This document shows positions 60,285 through 64,000 of a DNA stretch of 64,000 nucleotides, one piece after another (positions within the stretch are counted from its first letter, which is position 1; each line of letters starts with the position of its first letter). The stretch comes from Gammaproteobacteria bacterium (GTDB taxonomy: Bacteria > Pseudomonadota > Gammaproteobacteria > JBCCGL01): NCBI GenBank assembly GCA_965277715.1, contig OZ255836.1, positions 1,792,001 to 1,856,000 of the forward strand, given 5' to 3'. The notes below the pieces were generated by a model, which had not been told where the DNA came from, did not search any database, and saw only the letters and a list, made by a program, of their open reading frames with translations. The position numbers were made by a program, and so were the translations under genes.

Positions 60285-61391
60285 ATGTTTCAACTGTCAA
60301 TGGGCGCCCGTGTGCGCAAGTCGCCTTTTTTTGACGCCACAGTACGCCACGGTGTTACCCACTTCACTACCTACAACCATATGTATATGGCCACTTCCTA
60401 CGGTAACCCACAAGCCGAATACCAGCGTCTGCTCGAAGGGGTTAGCTTATGGGATGTCAGTTGCGAACGGCAGGTCGAACTCAGTGGCCCGGACGCTGGC
60501 GCACTGGCTCAATACCTATGCCCACGCGATCTCTCCCGCTGTGTGGTCGGCCAGGGATTATACACGCCGTTGTGCGACCACAGCGGCCGGATTATCAATG
60601 ACCCGGTATTGCTCAAGCTCAGTGAAAACCGCTTTTGGCTGTCGATAGCCGATAGCGATATTTTACTGTGGGCGCGGGCCGTTTGTGCTGAGAAAGGCTT
60701 TGATGCCACTGTCTGTGAGCCCGACGTCTCCCCTCTGGCAGTGCAAGGCCCCAAAGCCGAGGCAGTCGTCGCCGATTTGTTTGGCGATTGGGTGAAAACC
60801 TTAAAGTATTTCTGGTTCAAAGAAACCTCGCTCGACGGCATTCCCGTGGTCGTCGCCCGCTCCGGTTGGAGTAAGCAGGATGGGTTTGAGCTATACCTGA
60901 TGGACAGCGCACAAGGGTTGGCCCTATGGGACAAGGTATGGGCCGCCGGGGAGCCTTATGGTATTGGTCCCGGCACACCCAATGCAATCGAGCGCGTCGA
61001 AAGTGCGCTGATTTCCTACGGCACAGAAACTGACGATGACACCAACCCGCTGGAACTGGGGCTAGGTAAATACGTGCACCCCAATATCGACGCTGATTTT
61101 ATCGGTAAACAAGCACTCAAAAAAATCGCTGAAACCGGGCCAAGTCGTTTGCTGACCGGGTTATTCATGGCGAGCGATACGCCCGTTAATGGCATCGACC
61201 ATAAATGCCCTGTCACCCTTGACGATAACCCCGTCGGATTTATTTCAGTGGCCACGCACTCGCCGCGCCTGAATAAAAACATCGGGATCGCATTGCTCGA
61301 ACGCAGCGTCGTCGAAAATCAACAAACGGTTATTGCCCATACCCCAGAACGCGCCTACACCTGTGAAATTACTTCACTGCCATTTTGTTAA
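60285..61391 (+). CDS. GcvT-family aminomethyltransferase, DmdA-like
   Basis: RVRKSPFF, YNHM, WDVSCERQV, INDPVLL, W.SIADSD, QGP, ARSGWS.Q.GFE and IER.E. The track start is 60225. Confidence 0.88.
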   Translation: MFQLSMGARVRKSPFFDATVRHGVTHFTTYNHMYMATSYGNPQAEYQRLLEGVSLWDVSCERQVELSGPDAGALAQYLCPRDLSRCVVGQGLYTPLCDHSGRIINDPVLLKLSENRFWLSIADSDILLWARAVCAEKGFDATVCEPDVSPLAVQGPKAEAVVADLFGDWVKTLKYFWFKETSLDGIPVVVARSGWSKQDGFELYLMDSAQGLALWDKVWAAGEPYGIGPGTPNAIERVESALISYGTETDDDTNPLELGLGKYVHPNIDADFIGKQALKKIAETGPSRLLTGLFMASDTPVNGIDHKCPVTLDDNPVGFISVATHSPRLNKNIGIALLERSVVENQQTVIAHTPERAYTCEITSLPFC

Positions 61392-61416
61392 TTAATCCTC
61401 TTCCCGGAAAAATATT

Positions 61417-62406
61417 ATGAACCACTACCATGTATATGGGCTAGGCAACGCGCTGGTCGACTTTGAATTTGAAGTCAGTGATGCCGTGTTATCAAACCTG
61501 AGTATCGAAAAAGGCGTGATGACCCTGATCGACGAGCCACAACAAATTGCTCTGATGGATAAACTAGGCACCTTGCAGCACAAAAAATCCAGTGGGGGTT
61601 CGGCGGCGAATACTATTATTGCGGTCAGTCAGTTTGGCGGCAAAACCTGGTATTCCTGCAAAGTGGCCGACGATTCAACCGGCGATTTTTACCTACAGGA
61701 TCTGCGCGACTGTGGCGTTGACACCAATATTTCTGAATCCGGGCGCGAATCGGGGCACACGGGTAAATGCGTGGTAATGGTCACCCCGGATGCCGATCGC
61801 ACCATGAACACCTTTCTCGGTATCACCGGCAGTATCGCCGATACCGAGCTAAACCCAGACGCCATTGCCGCCGCCGACTACTTATATATGGAAGGCTATC
61901 TCGCCTCCTCAGACAGCGGTTACCGCGCCGCCATAGAGGCCCGCAAAATCGCCGAGGCAGCAGGTCGCCGCACCGCCTTAACCCTCTCCGATCCCAATAT
62001 GGTGAAATTTTTCAAAGGCAACCTAATCGAGATGATCGGCGATGGTGTCGATCTATTGTTTTGCAATGATACCGAGGCGACCACGATGACTGACACCACT
62101 TCGGTGGAAGCCGCAGCGCAGGCACTAAAAGCCCACGCAAAATCGCTGTGCATTACCCTTGGTGCGAAAGGGGCGCTTATTATCGAGGGTGAAAACACCA
62201 TCGAAATTGCCCCACACCCGGTAACGGCAGTCGACACCAACGGCGCGGGCGATATGTTCGCCGGGGCGTATTTATATGCCATCACCCACGGCATGGGCAT
62301 TGAAGCGGCGGGTAAGCTGGCGGCACGTGCGGCGGCGGAGATCGTCGGTGTATTTGGTGCACGCCTGACCCAGGCACACTTTACAGCATTGCAAAAAGCG
62401 GTTTAA
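61417..62406 (+). CDS. PfkB family kinase (adenosine kinase-like)
   Basis: GLGNALVD, GGSAANT, RTMNTFLG and DTNGAGD.FAG. Confidence 0.92.
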   Translation: MNHYHVYGLGNALVDFEFEVSDAVLSNLSIEKGVMTLIDEPQQIALMDKLGTLQHKKSSGGSAANTIIAVSQFGGKTWYSCKVADDSTGDFYLQDLRDCGVDTNISESGRESGHTGKCVVMVTPDADRTMNTFLGITGSIADTELNPDAIAAADYLYMEGYLASSDSGYRAAIEARKIAEAAGRRTALTLSDPNMVKFFKGNLIEMIGDGVDLLFCNDTEATTMTDTTSVEAAAQALKAHAKSLCITLGAKGALIIEGENTIEIAPHPVTAVDTNGAGDMFAGAYLYAITHGMGIEAAGKLAARAAAEIVGVFGARLTQAHFTALQKAV

Positions 62407-62563
62407 ACCTTAGAGGGCGTTTTCAATTATCTGGGCGAGGCTGATTTTTCGCTACAGTCGTGCCGACAAGGCGCAATGAGGAATTTAGGATAATAGTCAT
62501 TCGCTATGCCATAGGCCCAATAGTTTTAGTAGCCTACACAACCTTTCAAGTGGGAGAATAACA

Positions 62564-63937
62564 ATGAGCAGCAACGAAAACACCTTGGCCGATGCCGATA
62601 AACAATACGTTCTGCACCCTTATACCAATCTGAGTGGGCACCAGGAGGTCGGCCCCTTTACCATTACACGCGGTGAGGGCGTCTATGTATGGGACGACAA
62701 AGGCAATAAACTGATTGAGGGCATGGCCGGTTTATGGTGTACATCGCTGGGATTCAGTGAGTCGCGGTTAATCGACGCCGCCACCGAACAATTCAAAAAG
62801 CTCCCCTACTCACACCTGTTCACCCATCGTGCCACCGAGCCCGCTATTGCACTCTCCGAGCGGTTGGTACAAATCGCTCCAGAGGGTATTGCGCGTGCAT
62901 TCCTGGTCAACTCGGGATCAGAGGCTGTCGATACCGCCATAAAAATGGTGTGGTATTACAACAACGCACTGGGCCGCCCAAAAAAGAAACGCATCATCTC
63001 GCGCAAACGCGCCTACCACGGTGTCACCATTGCCGCAGGTAGCCTCACCGCCCTGCCCTACGCACAAGACGGCTTTGACCTGCCCGCTATCGACGTACTG
63101 CACTGTGAAACGCCGCATTACTACCGCTATTGCCACACGGGTGAAAGCGAGGCGCAGTTTACTGATCGCCTCGTCGATGAACTGGAAAAACAAATTATCG
63201 CCGAAGACCCAGACACCATCGGCGCCTTTATCGCCGAGCCGGTGATGGGGGCCGGCGGTGTATTGATCCCCCCTGTGGGGTATTTTGAAAAAGTGCAGGC
63301 CGTATTAAAAAAATACGGCATTTTATTTATCGCCGATGAGGTGATCTGTGGCTTTGGCCGCACCGGGGCAATGTGGGGCAGTGACACATTCAATATCCAG
63401 CCAGACTTAATCACTTGCGCCAAGCAACTCTCTTCAGCGTACCTGCCAATTGGTGCCGTACTGGTCAGCGATGCGGTTTACCAGGCCTTTGTCAGCCACA
63501 GTGACAAGCTCGGTATCTTTGGCACTGGCAACACCTACGGTGGCCACCCAGTCGCCTCTGCCGTGGCGTTGGAAACATTGAATATCTACCGTGACGACAA
63601 CATCATCGAACACGTACAACAGGTAGCCGCTGTATTTATGCAGCGTGTTGAAGCATTGGGCGCACACCCTCTGGTTGGCCATGCAAGGGGGGTGGGATTA
63701 ATCGCCGGGCTGGAGCTGGTGGAGGACAAAGCCAGCAAAGCACAGTACCCGGTTGCCGACAAAGTGGCATTACAGGTGGTCACCAAAGCACGCGGGCACG
63801 GGCTTATTTTGCGGGCGATTCCAGGCGATAGCGTCGGTATTTGCCCACCGTTAATTATCAGTGAGACGCAAATCCATGAAATGTTCGACAGCATTGCGCG
63901 TTCGCTTGACGATGTGCACCAACATATTGCCAAGTAG
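62564..63937 (+). CDS. Class III (omega-amino acid/amine) aminotransferase
   Basis: GMAGLWC, NSGSEA.D, AYHG, FIAEPVMGAGG, DEVICGFGRTG, AKQL (PLP Lys) and TYGGHP. Confidence 0.93.
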   Translation: MSSNENTLADADKQYVLHPYTNLSGHQEVGPFTITRGEGVYVWDDKGNKLIEGMAGLWCTSLGFSESRLIDAATEQFKKLPYSHLFTHRATEPAIALSERLVQIAPEGIARAFLVNSGSEAVDTAIKMVWYYNNALGRPKKKRIISRKRAYHGVTIAAGSLTALPYAQDGFDLPAIDVLHCETPHYYRYCHTGESEAQFTDRLVDELEKQIIAEDPDTIGAFIAEPVMGAGGVLIPPVGYFEKVQAVLKKYGILFIADEVICGFGRTGAMWGSDTFNIQPDLITCAKQLSSAYLPIGAVLVSDAVYQAFVSHSDKLGIFGTGNTYGGHPVASAVALETLNIYRDDNIIEHVQQVAAVFMQRVEALGAHPLVGHARGVGLIAGLELVEDKASKAQYPVADKVALQVVTKARGHGLILRAIPGDSVGICPPLIISETQIHEMFDSIARSLDDVHQHIAK

Positions 63938-64000
63938 CGTAGCGCTATCAATGTGTATAAGGGGGTAGTTAGCCTGCCTCCTCAGCAAAGCTGGTGGGAG

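Noticed and set aside
63992-64000. TGGTGGGAG as the 3' CCA end of a minus-strand tRNA
   Set aside because: Only 9 nt are visible at the window edge, which cannot support a call.

Overview
This is a bacterial chromosomal window, most likely from a gammaproteobacterium: it has priA-argS-SPOR synteny, a Pro-Arg-His-Lys tRNA operon and a GlyGly-CTERM surface protein, and the gene content suggests a marine or host-associated organism (inference). (1) 1-16.4 kb is a mosaic catabolic region with two MttB-family methyltransferases, a cytoplasmic Mo-bisPGD N/S-oxide reductase, a TMADH-like flavoprotein, an M24 peptidase, an Ldh_2 oxidoreductase, an SDR, a desaturase and a carbonic anhydrase. It is littered with small gene remnants. 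(2) 16.6-31.7 kb is an MSHA-like type IV pilus/T2SS cluster split by a ~5.3 kb IS-rich, AT-rich insert. (3) 32-35 kb holds small housekeeping genes. (4) 35.2-49.7 kb is a co-oriented minus-strand locus and the best candidate for an undescribed system. In order it encodes a giant Ig/GlyGly-CTERM surface protein, an unannotated 54-aa lasso-peptide precursor, a lasso-cyclase-like enzyme, a small secreted protein, a secreted S74 self-chaperoned fibre protein, and a secreted protein with four histone-fold-like repeats fused to an FG-GAP/ASPIC-UnbV beta-propeller. (5) 49.8-64 kb contains ygiQ, a DnaA-box/IHF cluster, priA, argS, a SPOR protein, an integrase remnant, four tRNAs, malonyl-CoA decarboxylase, a GcvT/DmdA-like protein, a PfkB kinase and a class III aminotransferase. 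All family calls come from motif recognition by eye; no database searches were run.
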